Source of the DNA: Savitreella phatthalungensis
Lineage: Eukaryota
Direction of reading: 5' to 3'
NCBI GenBank assembly: GCA_051599415.1
Contig: AP039707.1
Coordinates: 62,001 to 126,000 of the forward strand
Length of the DNA stretch: 64,000 nucleotides
Shown piece after piece: positions 21,181 through 32,912 of the stretch (position 1 is its first letter; each line of letters opens with the position of its first letter). A program made the position numbers and the translations under genes. The notes below the pieces were generated by a model. It had not been told where the DNA came from. It did not search any database and saw nothing but the letters and a program-made list of their open reading frames with translations.

Positions 21181-23903
21181 CTTGACTTGACCTCGCCTCC
21201 TCATCTTTCCACAATCGAATAATCTTCTTGGCTCTTCACCTCGTGGGCAATCCCCTGCTCCGATCCACAGACAATGTGAGATATGAGACGCGTGCGTTAC
21301 AAAACGAACCCATCCCATGCACCGCCAGCCTCGATATTGGGAAACGTAACGCGGTCTTGGACAAGGGATCGACCAAAAGTAAACGCTTCTCGACCCTCGC
21401 TCACGCTAATGCTAATGCTCACGTTCCCGTTCACGTTCACGTTTCTCGATCTCGATTCTCGTTCTGCGACTGAGACACGCCAGAAAAGCAAATGCCGGAA
21501 TTCGGACCTCTCCGTCATGCTAGTATTGATAGATCTCTGGAATCTCCCGTCAAGCCCGACAGAGTGCTATTGCAGCCGACAGCAGTGTTGGTTGACGACC
21601 CTTTGCCTCGCTTTAGTGGAGCGTTTTTCTCTCCTCTGTTCCCATCCGTACTCGTGTCGATGACCCTCGCACTCACGGGACACTTTCTTTTTTTTCCCTC
21701 ACCCGCTCTACCGGTCCGCCCCACTGACAAGGCAGATCGACCTAAACTGGACTATTGCCCTCGGCCGGCACTCAAAAACGCCACCCCCGTCTCACCTGCT
21801 CCTCGCCCGAAAACACCATCAACGGGTAGTCCTTGGGGTGGGCGCGAAAGTTTGAATCTCGGATGCTGAAAAGGCTCCGAAGCGAAGAGTTACTTGATTG
21901 GACGCCACATCTTCTATCAAGCTGAAAGCAGAGAGACTGTCAAATACTGGATGACGAAGACTCCGTGTAGGCGCCGAAGCTCTGGTCGATGCTTTTGACC
22001 AAGTCCCATGACGCGAGCAAGGACTTTGAGTTAGCGGCTCTTGAATACCATGATTCCCGCCACGTTGTCAAAAGAGTTCTTCCTTTCGTCCGACCATCCC
22101 AATGGACCGTGTCTCGCTGATGTGACATGTCCCCCTTCCAAGGATGATATCCTCCCGCGGCAGACTTTTCTTCGTCCGGACAATTACAAAAAATGCCGAG
22201 CTCGCGAGCGTTCGAGCGAGAGCGAGTCCCATCATGAACGCCTTAAAAACAGTTCACGCACTTGGTGTTTCGCATGGTCTGACTTGTACCGCGTTTGTGA
22301 CGATGCATCCATCTCCTTCCGCGCGAGTTCGTCGTCGACATGACCCTTTTTCTTCGCGTCTCTCGGCATCACGAACCTCATCTTCCTCTTACAAAGCTCT
22401 GCTTACCTAGGCGCTCTGTAGTTTGGACGGAATGACCTGACTCGAGTGTACTTTTGATCCGAGGATGCGGATAGGATGACGCCTGTCACACCTATCTCGT
22501 CCGAACTTTTTGGGAGTACAGTTCTGACACCTGCCAGATTTCGAGGTCTTCACTGTTCTCGGAAATGAGCTCTAAATGAAGAGGAGCAGCCTGTAGAGGG
22601 ACCTCCGAGTGGGGCGCCTCGTCACCTATACCGACGTGTTCATCTGCCTCATCGATCTGACCTGTCACCTCCCATCACTCCTTAAGCACCGCTCCAGCTT
22701 CACATTCCCAATCCACACTCCCATCGGTCTATTTTGGCACGCCGAGTGGCGTTTCCTTCTGGCCACCGTAAATCTGTAAGAGGCCAACACCATGTCCAGA
22801 AAGGGAATCAAATCTGACAGCCTTCCAGGCTACTCCTGCTTCACGGTCGTCGTATCAAGGCGGCTGCCGAGACATTCCTGCTAGCGTTGCCCCAATCTTC
22901 ACATCCTTATTTGCCGTAGGTGTCCTCGCCTTCTGACCCCTTTCATCGTCCAGGCACCTAGTCTCATACGTCCCTTAGAGGTGAGGTGAGACAAGGGCTA
23001 GACCCTACAGCGCTTGCATGCATGTTTGCCCTAGCACACGACGTCGGTGATGGGTTGTGAAAATTTGTTGCAACTGCACCTGATACCAGGCAGACCCGCG
23101 GACGATGGTGTGATGGTACCATGCTCGATGCTATTGCGTAGCGTCGATCAAAGGGCGCGAGGGCGGGACCTTGAACGTGCCCCGCCTTATCGCAACGTCC
23201 AGTATGACAGAGAGGCGTGAAGGCATGAACCATCCAGACTTCACGGAATCGGCTCCCGGAACTCCCTAAGTGATCGACATCCCTCTTCTCCAGATCGGGA
23301 AATCCCTCTTTTCTCCACAACCTCACCTCGTGCGTCGACGGGCGATACGGTGGAATCGGACGATGTGACGAGTCGATTAGATGAGATCGACAAGGTATCC
23401 GCGGATGGCTGTCGATCTTTCAGCCCGCACGCACACACGCCTGCTCGCGTGCGCGATCGACAGAGAAGGGATCGTCCGATTGGGCCTTGCGAGAGATACG
23501 ATAAGATGGATGAGATCATGATCCCCCAGACTCACAGCCCGGTGTCTCAGGATGTTTTAAGACCTGGGGGGATCGAGGTCTGTTTGACGAGCGAGAGCGA
23601 TGGCGCCATCGGGGACGATCCATCGTTCTAGGCTACCGAATGACCAAGAGCGATCTCGAGATAGAGTGCGCTTTCCTCGATGACCAGGGGTGGTTCAGAA
23701 GAGGGAGACGAGGGTGTAACATGTGCTTGTCGGTAGTGGCGACTTTCTACGTGCACGGTTCCTGGAGGATAAGTGTACTCTATTTTTACTACAGAGGTGA
23801 GAGAACGCACAGTGAGTCTGCGTTCGTAGAGTGTTGTCATCCAGGTCTCTGTCCATGCGGGTATGTGTGTGTGTCTGGGAGTGTGTGCCCTAGAGTGTGT
23901 GCG

Positions 23904-26381
23904 CTAGAGTGGGATTGGGAATCTGCCTGCGAGGACGCCGTTGGAGCAGAGGTCGACAGCGTCTCCGATGACTGCTGGTGTATCGAGATGTGCAAAGAAC
24001 TTCATGGAAGGTCGTTCTAGGGCTTCCTGGTCTGTGACTTTTGCCGGGTGCATGGCGAGCTCCTCGACGCCGACAAAGTCGACGATGAGATGTGACTGTT
24101 GTGGCTGGTGGAGTTTGAAGGTGAGTTGCATGGTGTGGATGTCGGTGCCGAAGGCTGCTGCCTGTCGGATGTGTTGCCGCCGGAGGCCTGGTTCTGGGAG
24201 CTCGGACAAAGACCAGGCGACGACGTCCGCGTCGAATGCGATCACCGTCCACAGGAGACCTGGGTGGTGGGTGGTGAGCTCGATGGTGGCGGTGTTGGCT
24301 GTTCGGTCGCGCGAGATCACTCGGCCGACCACGTTTGGCAGCTCGATCGCAGGCTGAATCTTGGCCGTCGCCGCATCCACCTTCCACGACTGCAGGAACT
24401 GAGAGAACGGGTAGAGCGTGTCCCATTCAGGCGCATCGTCCGACGCGATCCACCGTGTGGGTTTCCCTAGATCGAAGGTGTTGGTGATACCATCCACGTA
24501 GGCTTCGAATCCAGGCGCACTGTCTGCGGCGGCAAAGTGAATCGACGTCGCCCCATCAGTCAGATTGTACATGTGCTGGACGAACAGTCTCCGGGGGTGG
24601 TCTGCGTCCCACACAGGCCGCTGCGATAGGACAGCCAGGGATGTCAGGGCAAATGCAGCAAGGAGGACCATCAGACGGTTTTGTGCAGGTCGTGATAGTG
24701 TCAGCACCCAGAGAGGGTACCCTGCGAGCGCGCCGAAGCTCACGAGACCGACGATGGTCGACATGATGTTCTCGGCTGGGGCGTCGACACCCAATCGACC
24801 GGTCAAGGGCACAAAAATCTCCAGGACTGACCAGTGAGCTTCGGAGCCGAGGAACATGCCTGGTACAGAGACGAGGATGAGCTGGAGGAGTGCGCTGTCC
24901 GCGAGGGTGCCTAGGAGGACGCCGAGGGCGGTGTAGAAGAGGATGAAGGAGGAGCCGACCGGGAGGAGACTGAGGGTGGCGTAGTGGAGCAGGAGGGCCA
25001 GATGCATGTGCTTTCGATCCGGACGGAAGTAGAGGTGGGGTAAGGTCCAGCCTAGCATGGCTGTCGGTATGTACAGGAACAAACAGCTCATCTCGTGCGT
25101 GAACCAGCGCATTTGCAGTCCTGTCAGAGTGAGCAGAGCAGCGACCGCGTTGTTGACAATCAGGCCAGACCAGAATGCAACATTGATACAGCCGATAGCG
25201 CCGGCCAGCCGCCTCCAAGACGGACCTGCCCAGCCGACGTATCCTAGGACGAGTGTGAAGACTGCGCGGGCGATGAGTTGGGCGGTGCGCTTGCTGTAGT
25301 TGGCAAAGTACTTTTGGGCAACGCTGAAGAAGATGCGGTCTTGTGACTTTTCGATGCCGACGGTGATGTCCATCCCCGGCTGCGTGAGGTACTCGACGAT
25401 GGCGAGGGTGTTGTCGCCAAAGTGCTGCGCACTCCCTCGCTCGATCCTGTCCGTGCTGTCGAGCCTGGTGTGGTAGGCGTATGAGTTGCCGACGACAGCC
25501 ATGTCAAGCCCTGTGAGGCCAGCGTATTGCTCGAATTGCCGGAAATCCGTATCACTCAGGATGAGACCCGTCGAGAAGACGTCTGAGGCGACGACGCTGC
25601 CGTAGGGGTGTGGCGTTGCACCGTAGGCGTCGAGGAACTTGTTGCTCGTGGCCTGGAAGAGGACTGCAGAGCCAGTGTTGCCCGCAGCCTCTAGGTTCAC
25701 CACTCCCCGAACAGTCGACGCCCAGGGATGTGGCTCGTTTGCAAACAGGTGGGATGCATCTTGAAGGGACTCTTCGGCGTCGTTGAACAGCAGGATCAGA
25801 CTGTTGTCCATCAATGGATCCGTGCCGTTCTTCGGCTTGCGCGACGTGATGATTCTGATGAGCTCGAGCTGGATGGCTATTCCGAGGGCGTCGTCTGCCG
25901 CGCCTGGCGAGGGCAAGGTTGAGTCGAGATGAGCGTTGACGAGGACTGCATTCTGCTTCGAGGAAGGGTTTCGCTTGGATGATATTCTGACGACGACATT
26001 CTCGATGTCGGCGTACTGCTTCATGACGACCTTGCCCATCATGTCGAACCTGTGTGAGCCTGTGCCCTTCTGATTCAGAACCTCGATCTCGTACAGGTCT
26101 CTCCGCCACGGGTCAGCGTCGTTGGCCGACTTGAGACGTGCAATCTCCTGCTTCAGCCAGTCACGCGACGCAACGTGCTCGCGCGCACCAACGACTCTGT
26201 AGCCGTAGCTGTCTGCTAGCGTGCTCACGTACGCCAGAGCCTGCTTCTCTGAAAAGTGCGGATTGCCATTACCATCCTGGAGCGTGGTTACTGGCTCTGG
26301 TAAGGAGAAATGAGTCAGATAGGTCCCAAGTGCGACCAGTCCAAGGACGATGCCGTAGATACAGTGTTCTACGGGCCGCAT
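23904..26381 (-). CDS. M28-family membrane metallopeptidase (ERMP1-like)
   Basis: NAHLDS, GAADDALG, AEES, NLEAAG, SDTDFRQF, YHTRLD motifs followed by a multi-TM region; 825 aa. Confidence 0.93.
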   Translation of the reverse strand: MRPVEHCIYGIVLGLVALGTYLTHFSLPEPVTTLQDGNGNPHFSEKQALAYVSTLADSYGYRVVGAREHVASRDWLKQEIARLKSANDADPWRRDLYEIEVLNQKGTGSHRFDMMGKVVMKQYADIENVVVRISSKRNPSSKQNAVLVNAHLDSTLPSPGAADDALGIAIQLELIRIITSRKPKNGTDPLMDNSLILLFNDAEESLQDASHLFANEPHPWASTVRGVVNLEAAGNTGSAVLFQATSNKFLDAYGATPHPYGSVVASDVFSTGLILSDTDFRQFEQYAGLTGLDMAVVGNSYAYHTRLDSTDRIERGSAQHFGDNTLAIVEYLTQPGMDITVGIEKSQDRIFFSVAQKYFANYSKRTAQLIARAVFTLVLGYVGWAGPSWRRLAGAIGCINVAFWSGLIVNNAVAALLTLTGLQMRWFTHEMSCLFLYIPTAMLGWTLPHLYFRPDRKHMHLALLLHYATLSLLPVGSSFILFYTALGVLLGTLADSALLQLILVSVPGMFLGSEAHWSVLEIFVPLTGRLGVDAPAENIMSTIVGLVSFGALAGYPLWVLTLSRPAQNRLMVLLAAFALTSLAVLSQRPVWDADHPRRLFVQHMYNLTDGATSIHFAAADSAPGFEAYVDGITNTFDLGKPTRWIASDDAPEWDTLYPFSQFLQSWKVDAATAKIQPAIELPNVVGRVISRDRTANTATIELTTHHPGLLWTVIAFDADVVAWSLSELPEPGLRRQHIRQAAAFGTDIHTMQLTFKLHQPQQSHLIVDFVGVEELAMHPAKVTDQEALERPSMKFFAHLDTPAVIGDAVDLCSNGVLAGRFPIPL

Positions 26382-27575
26382 CCTCGATATGGATCACGAT
26401 GGTCGATGACTTTGAGCTCGTCTTTCAGCACCGACAAGTACAAGCAGAAGAGCTTTCTTTACCTAGGGCAGCAGCAGCAGCAGCAGTAGCAGGAGCTCGA
26501 TGGCAAGGAACACAAGTTGGGGGAGAGAGAGAGGGAGAGAACGAGAGGATTGGAATGGGGCTACGGAGGACTTTGCTAGGTTCGTATGGAAATGCTGTCG
26601 TCTGACCATGATGGAAAGGTAGAAAGGATGTCATTGAACGGCGTCAGAGTCAGTCACTCCTGACTGTGCTCTCTCCAGCCCACACCTCACCAGGACTCCA
26701 CTGGACTGGGGTGGACTGGACTACACTGGGTTGGAGTGGAATGACCCAATGGACCGACGATCTGCCTGTGGGGCCGCCCTGTACTGCACCAGTGACTTTG
26801 GCCGTGCCCCGGGGGTGATTGCCCAGGCTGGACAGTGCTGGCTGTAGTACTGAGGATTAGGAGCCAGGTCAGACGAGTTAGAGGTCTCTGAATACTCACA
26901 TTACTCACTAAGTCACTCACTCAGTCACTCCTTCCTTCCCTTCTCTGCTGACTGTGCTTCATCTGCTTGATGGCCCTCCTCCTCGGGGAAGCGCTTGCCT
27001 GTGCATCTGCCTGTCGCTCAGGCTCTCCCTCGTCGTAGCTTGTGCGAGGGGTGGAGTTAGTTTGACCTCGCACAGAATTTACAAAATTTTGTATTTTGAC
27101 TTGTGTCAGATTGATATTCATAAAATACCTCGATAAAATCATCCTCCGATGCACAAAATAACCGCAACTCACTCACCCACGCACACGTGCACACTCATAC
27201 TCTACCTAGCTGCAGAGACCTGTTACAGAACACGTGCATCTGGCTGGTGGCAAAACAGCTTACCTTCACCAGGCATCTTCCACGCTTTCAGGTAGATTGT
27301 GATGGATGTCTCCTTTGATGAGCTCTGGCCTGTCATATGGCAGACTTGAACAATTAGAATCGATGATTTTCCACGCGTGAGCGGGATTCTACCACCCCGT
27401 GACTTGTTATCGGCATGGCAATTACACGACGCACGCAGCGTCTGCCATTCGGGTCAGCTGAAACCACAGCTGACAAGAGCGATTGCGAACCCGCTTGATT
27501 GATTGTTGGACGTGGTGGATAGGGGACGATACCGGCGTGTTTGTGTGAACGTGTGCTTGTGGGTTACCAGGATTG

Positions 27576-28436
27576 ATGGTTGATGAGTTCGTGGAGAGAG
27601 AGAAGGAGGATTTGACATTGTCACCACGGCGGGTCCGAAGAGGTATGACGGCTGATCCTGATCCTGAGTATCAGCTGCCATTGGACGAGTCTGATGATGA
27701 CAGGTCGCTTGATGGAGGGGAGCCCTGCTCAGACGATCTCCTGGACATCCGCCTTTGGGGGGATTACGCGGATGACGGGGGCAGTGAGGACGTGGAAGAC
27801 CTTCGTTATGCTGACGATGACAAGGACGACGGTGACTACATGGACGCTGGAGACGTGAGCGATGATTGCGACATTAGTGACAACGATCGGCCACGTAAGA
27901 GATCGCGGAAGCAGCCAGGCAGCCAGAAGAAGAAGAAGAAGCAGCAGCAAAAGAAGAAGATCAAGAAAAAGTCGACTTTCAAGAAGACTGAGATCGTAGA
28001 GCCGGCAATCCTCAAAGAGGAACCTTGTGACGACGCTGGTTCTGGTGGAGATCCACTGCTCAAAACACCGCAATCAGCACCGACGCCGCGGACGACGCCG
28101 CGGTCACGCCCACGCCCACGCAGGAAGTGGGTGTCTCTTTGGAGGGTTGTGAATCCTGAATGGCCAGTGACTGTGGGTGACAAGACTGGTACTCCTGATG
28201 GTCGTAGTCTCATCCCGCGTCCTCCCGTCAGACAGCTCGTTCTGCGCAATGGGTCCGATCACGTGCGCGTGACTTGGGAGAGTGACGAGGCGGTCGCGTC
28301 ATGGCGAGCGAGATGTACCGCTGCCGAACGACCGGCTGCGTCTGCTGGAGAGACGCAGGAGGAAGCACAGCCGAGCGAGGTCGAGGCAGAGGTTGCTACG
28401 GTAGACGTGCCTGCAGGCGTGACAGAATCTGACTGA
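27576..28436 (+). CDS. Hypothetical acidic/lysine-rich (probably nuclear) protein
   Basis: 286 aa from ATG 27576; D/E-rich N-terminus, basic NLS-like KRSRK...KKKKK; its 3' end overlaps the SET gene. Confidence 0.6.
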   Translation: MVDEFVEREKEDLTLSPRRVRRGMTADPDPEYQLPLDESDDDRSLDGGEPCSDDLLDIRLWGDYADDGGSEDVEDLRYADDDKDDGDYMDAGDVSDDCDISDNDRPRKRSRKQPGSQKKKKKQQQKKKIKKKSTFKKTEIVEPAILKEEPCDDAGSGGDPLLKTPQSAPTPRTTPRSRPRPRRKWVSLWRVVNPEWPVTVGDKTGTPDGRSLIPRPPVRQLVLRNGSDHVRVTWESDEAVASWRARCTAAERPAASAGETQEEAQPSEVEAEVATVDVPAGVTESD

Positions 28437-29707
28437 TCGCCGCGTGTTCATCGCTCAAGATAGCCTTGATACACTGGTGGCGAGCAGTGAGCTTGTGTTT
28501 GTGGTCGGTGAGTTCTGTGATGGCCTGATTGATGCTGTCACACCTGGATGTGAGTTCGTGTATGAGGAAGTTGGCGACTTGGAGTCTGCGTTCTGGTCCA
28601 CCATCACAGCCACTCTCGCCGAACAAGGTGAAGATGGCGTCGTCCTGGAGCAGCGTGGGCTCGGTGGCCAGGTAGACGGCCGCGACGTGCTCATCATCCG
28701 GGATGATGTCCGCCCAGTAGTCAGCCTCCTGCTGCTCCGCGGCATCTGATTGCTGTGAACGCACCTTGAATGTCACTCTTGGTGAGAGACCAATGGTGTG
28801 TGTGACGTTGCGCCAGAATCCTTGGATTGCATTACCGTCGTGCTGCGGGTCTGGCAGCTGGAGTGTGTACGTGTGGGATGGCTTGCGGGAATTAGCGTCG
28901 AGGACGAAGCCGTAATTGAAAAAGAGCTCTGCGTTGGTCTTGTCGTTGCCGTAGGACAGCGTGAGCTCGTCTCCCTCCTCTAGTGGCCGCTTTGCGTGGA
29001 GGATGACGTTGTCGTGGGAGTCGATGTCCCAGACGACGGTGTGGTCGTCGGCGTGGTTGCACATGTCGAGCAGGGGCACTAGCAGGAGGTCACACACCTC
29101 CGGCAGACCTCGCTCGATCAATCCACCTACCACCTCGTCCGCTTCTGTAAGACTCACATCCGCTTCACGAGCATCCCCGACACCGATACTCCGAGAAGAC
29201 ACGATGCTCTCAGCCCATGCCCACACTTCGACCGACCCGACCTCCGGGCATCGCAGAATACCATGCCCTCACCACCCGCTGCTTGGCCTCGATCGCTGCG
29301 CCGATCGAGGTCGCCTGGAGAGAGCGTTGTGCGAGGTGGTCGTGGTCCCAGACGCCTGACTGCGGGTGTGGTCCCGGGAGCGATCTCGCGTATACTTCCC
29401 ATGGGTGTGAGCTGTCATTGTGGGAGGAGGAGATGGCGAGGACGAGAGCGAGTGAGAGGATCCATTTCTCCCACCGTGCGTTCGGGTTGTCGAGTTGGGA
29501 GGAGAGGAGCCGGCGAAGTGGGGGGTATGTCTTCACTAGGGAGTGCGCACTGAAGTAAGCGTCCGGCGGAAATGACGCCATAGAGTCACCAACGTCAAAG
29601 GTCGCGTTGGCGAAGAGCGCGTTGCCTGCATCGATAGCGGTAGGCGTGTCATCTGCTGTTGCTGCTGCTGCTCGCACGATGACCTTGGGATGGTCATCGG
29701 CGTGCAT
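28396..29707 (-). CDS. SET-domain protein-lysine methyltransferase (Rubisco-LSMT/RKM-like), split by a +1 frameshift near 29210-29270
   Basis: ORF 29210-29707 supplies the N-half (SHPWEVYARSLP); ORF 28396-29226 supplies WAWAESIVSSR, LVPLLDMCNH, GDELTLSYG and NAELFFNYGF. Confidence 0.85.
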
Positions 29708-29921
29708 CTGGTGTCTACGTCAGTGTGTACTTGGTCGAGCAAATGCACAATGATCAAATGGTACCGTGTCACGGTGTCACAAAAGACCAAGATGCAGCAC
29801 ACGTCAAGGTGATGAGATCAACATGGTTCAGACAGACAGGCACACTCACACACGACAGGAGTGATTGTGTTGGGGAAAAAGTGTCATTCATAGGAGGGTT
29901 GACTAGATCGACCCGTCTAGT

Positions 29922-30989
29922 CTAGTCGGAGTGAAGGGTTGGGAGGTACTTTGAAAGGTCCTGCTTTCCCTTGCCCTCCTCAATCTTCTTGTGCTCTGAG
30001 CCCTTGAAGGCCTTTGCGTAAGGGTTGAGACGGAGCTGGAGCTGCTTGTTCTTGAGCGGGTTCTTCTTCTGGACGTGGGTGCGCTTGTGTGTCGCGGTGC
30101 CCTTGTTTGGCTTGAGGATGCTCTGGATCTCGTCCGAGTTGATGATGCGTGAGACGTCCGAGTTGGACATGATGTGCTGTGGGAGGGTGTAGTCTGACTT
30201 GAGCTCAGATGACCACACGCTGTCGAGCAGGTCGAATGCTGCCTGTGACCAGATGCAGAATCTGCCGAGGTGACCTCCAGGGGCGAGCTGGAGGAGGTTG
30301 AGGGAACGCACGTTGGCGAGCTCGACACCTGGGATGTTGCGGAACGCCTTGACGATACCGTCGTCCTTGTCGTAGATGACGAGCGGTCCGCGACGCTGGG
30401 TGTGACGGCGGTTGCGGAGCTTTCCCTTGCCTGCACGGATCTTGCGTGAAGAGGAGACCTTGACGACGTCCGCGTACGCCTTGTGCTCCTTCAGCAGTGC
30501 CACGGCCTCCTTTGTCTTCTTGAGAGACTCAACGTTCGAGCCAACGACGAGTGGGACCTCTGCCACCTGCTCGACGCGGTGTCCGCGTGCGAGGACGAGC
30601 GAGGGGACTGCGGTAGCTGCGATGGCAGATGCAACGGCGAACCGCTTCTGGTTCTGGTTCACCTTGACGTGCCACTTACGCCAGACCTTTGTCGGTGCAA
30701 ACATACGTCCGCCACGGCACATGTTACCGAAGGCGGCCTGACCGGCGCGGTGCGTGCCACCACCGGACACACGAGGGATACGTGCGACGGCACGTCCAGT
30801 TCCCCAGGACTCTGCGGATGTCTGTGCACCGGCCTTCTCAGAGACGGCGTACGCCTGGCGTTTGTTCTTTGCCATTGACGTGTGGACCTGCTGGACGACA
30901 TCTGGGCGGATAGGTGCCTTGAAGACGGCTGGGAGGGCGACCGACTTGTCGGATCCCTGGACCTTGACCTGAGGACGGTGAGTGGCCAT
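29922..30989 (-). CDS. RPL4: 60S ribosomal protein L4 (uL4)
   Basis: [43 protein letters not shown]; first ATG at 30989. Confidence 0.98.
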   Translation of the reverse strand: MATHRPQVKVQGSDKSVALPAVFKAPIRPDVVQQVHTSMAKNKRQAYAVSEKAGAQTSAESWGTGRAVARIPRVSGGGTHRAGQAAFGNMCRGGRMFAPTKVWRKWHVKVNQNQKRFAVASAIAATAVPSLVLARGHRVEQVAEVPLVVGSNVESLKKTKEAVALLKEHKAYADVVKVSSSRKIRAGKGKLRNRRHTQRRGPLVIYDKDDGIVKAFRNIPGVELANVRSLNLLQLAPGGHLGRFCIWSQAAFDLLDSVWSSELKSDYTLPQHIMSNSDVSRIINSDEIQSILKPNKGTATHKRTHVQKKNPLKNKQLQLRLNPYAKAFKGSEHKKIEEGKGKQDLSKYLPTLHSD

Positions 30990-31592
30990 TGTTGTCGATG
31001 TGTGTATGAAGAGTGTCACAGAGTCTTTTTACTCGACTTGTAGCTCGAGGTTGGACGGTGTATCCTAGGTCCGGCTACCGAGCACGTTGGCTGAGCACGG
31101 GAGGTACACTAGCTAGGCTGGATGGATCGACTATGGCCGGTGGAGTGACCCTGGGCTTGGAGGATGGAGACACTGGCCGTCTGGCTGTCTGGCTGTCTGT
31201 GTGTCTATTCCTCCGTGTCTGCCTGTGCGAGGGGTGGATACCTGAGAGTGCGTTTGCAAGTGTCAATGCACGTGCCCAGGAATCCATGTCTCTCGTAAAA
31301 TAATTTGGATGCAAGAGCAATGTAATAGATCTCACGCTGAATTTTCTCTGATCACTTTTTGGAATGCTCCTATCTTGTGGCTGGAAAAAAATCATCAGCC
31401 ACAAATTTTGCATCGAGCTACACGTGACCTGGGTCAATCATCAAGAGAGATTACCAGATGCACGAACTACCCTCTTTCCTGCTGGGGGAGGTCTTCTTCG
31501 ATGTTAGCTCTCTGACTTTGCTTGCTAAGGCCATCTTCCCGGCCTGTTCCCAGGCTGCAGTATACATTCGTCTCGAAGTCTAGCTACGAGGC

Positions 31593-32912
31593 CTATACCT
31601 CTTCGTACATGGCTGACATTGGACTCTCCATCAAGCTTCTCATCAGCTCTGGTCCTCCTGGAGCTTGTAAGCGCATATGGATGTCATCTACTGGCGTTCT
31701 TGGCTCCGGTTGAGGAATTGCTGCTGATGGCGCTGGTGCTGCTGCTGCTGTTGCTGCTGCTGAGACCGACACAGGGTTGTGACGAGATTTAGCCTTACTT
31801 CTGAGCCATGCGTTGAGAGCCATGATGAGGAAAGCTTGACCTTCGACCGAGGTACCTTGACCGTCGAGATTGTGCTCGTGGGAGTCCTTTCTCGCGAGCA
31901 CACAGCCTCGCAGGTAGCCGTACTTGTCGACCCGTCCAACGACGGCTTCGCGCATCCTGTCTGCTGCTGCCACCTCCTCGCTCTCCGGCGACAGAAGATC
32001 GAGCAGGACGAGACTGTAGACGACGTATGCATACATGACTGCTGATGTCGTCTCCACAAACGATGTAGGGTCCTCGAGCTGGAAGTGGAAGAGTCCGTCA
32101 TCGCGCTGGTACTTGAGTGATGATCTGAGTGTGTGGAGGACGTTCTGACTGACGATGTACGCCTCTTTCTCCCACCCGATTGGTGGGAGGAGTGCGAGAA
32201 CGCGGACGCAGCCTGCCATTGCCCAGCCCTGACCTGTGGACAGGTGTTCTGGACGGACGACTGTGTGGTTGTCAATATCCCAGGATTGCGACCACAGACC
32301 TGTCTGGGCGTTGCGCAGGTACCGCTGGTAGCCATCGATCTGCTGGAAGCCTTCGAAGATCAAAGAATCCTGGTTCCAGGAGGCGCCGCACGCCACAAGC
32401 GCTCCGGGCAGCATGTACAGCGCATCTACCCAGAGCTCCCCTGCCCGATGCTCAAGCAGCCCTTCGAATGACCGGGACGCGGTACGGCGGATGTAACCGA
32501 CGAGCGACCGCGCTGCCGTCAGCCACACCGTGTCGCGCTCCTGCAAGTGGAGAAAGACGAGGCACTCGCCGATAGCGCAAAAGTCGAGCGATGATGGGTC
32601 TACACCGTTCAGCAGCACACCCAGACGACCGAGCTCGTCACTCCGAGCGATCATGTCGAATGCCAGACCCCGGATCAGTGCCAGGTTACCAATCGGGTCG
32701 AGCTCGTACAGTGCCTGTGCGCACAATCCTTGCTCCCAGGACGCGCGCTGCATCGCCAGAAGGACCAGCTTGACGCGGTCGAGGAGTGCCTGGACGGCGG
32801 AGGAAGAAATGGCAGAAGGAGAAGAAGGCGTGGTGGATGACTCGTGGCTGTGCCCATTCGGAGCGTTTGCCGAAATGGCGGCCTCATCCGCGCTCAACGC
32901 TGTACCGTTCAT
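31593..32912 (-). CDS. GH105/GH88-like (alpha/alpha)6 unsaturated glycuronyl hydrolase homolog
   Basis: QRASWEQG, LWVDALYMLP (catalytic-Asp region), TGLWSQ, GQGWAMAG, YQRDDGLFH, FVETTS, EGQAF motifs; 439 aa. Confidence 0.8.
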   Translation of the reverse strand: MNGTALSADEAAISANAPNGHSHESSTTPSSPSAISSSAVQALLDRVKLVLLAMQRASWEQGLCAQALYELDPIGNLALIRGLAFDMIARSDELGRLGVLLNGVDPSSLDFCAIGECLVFLHLQERDTVWLTAARSLVGYIRRTASRSFEGLLEHRAGELWVDALYMLPGALVACGASWNQDSLIFEGFQQIDGYQRYLRNAQTGLWSQSWDIDNHTVVRPEHLSTGQGWAMAGCVRVLALLPPIGWEKEAYIVSQNVLHTLRSSLKYQRDDGLFHFQLEDPTSFVETTSAVMYAYVVYSLVLLDLLSPESEEVAAADRMREAVVGRVDKYGYLRGCVLARKDSHEHNLDGQGTSVEGQAFLIMALNAWLRSKAKSRHNPVSVSAAATAAAAPAPSAAIPQPEPRTPVDDIHMRLQAPGGPELMRSLMESPMSAMYEEV

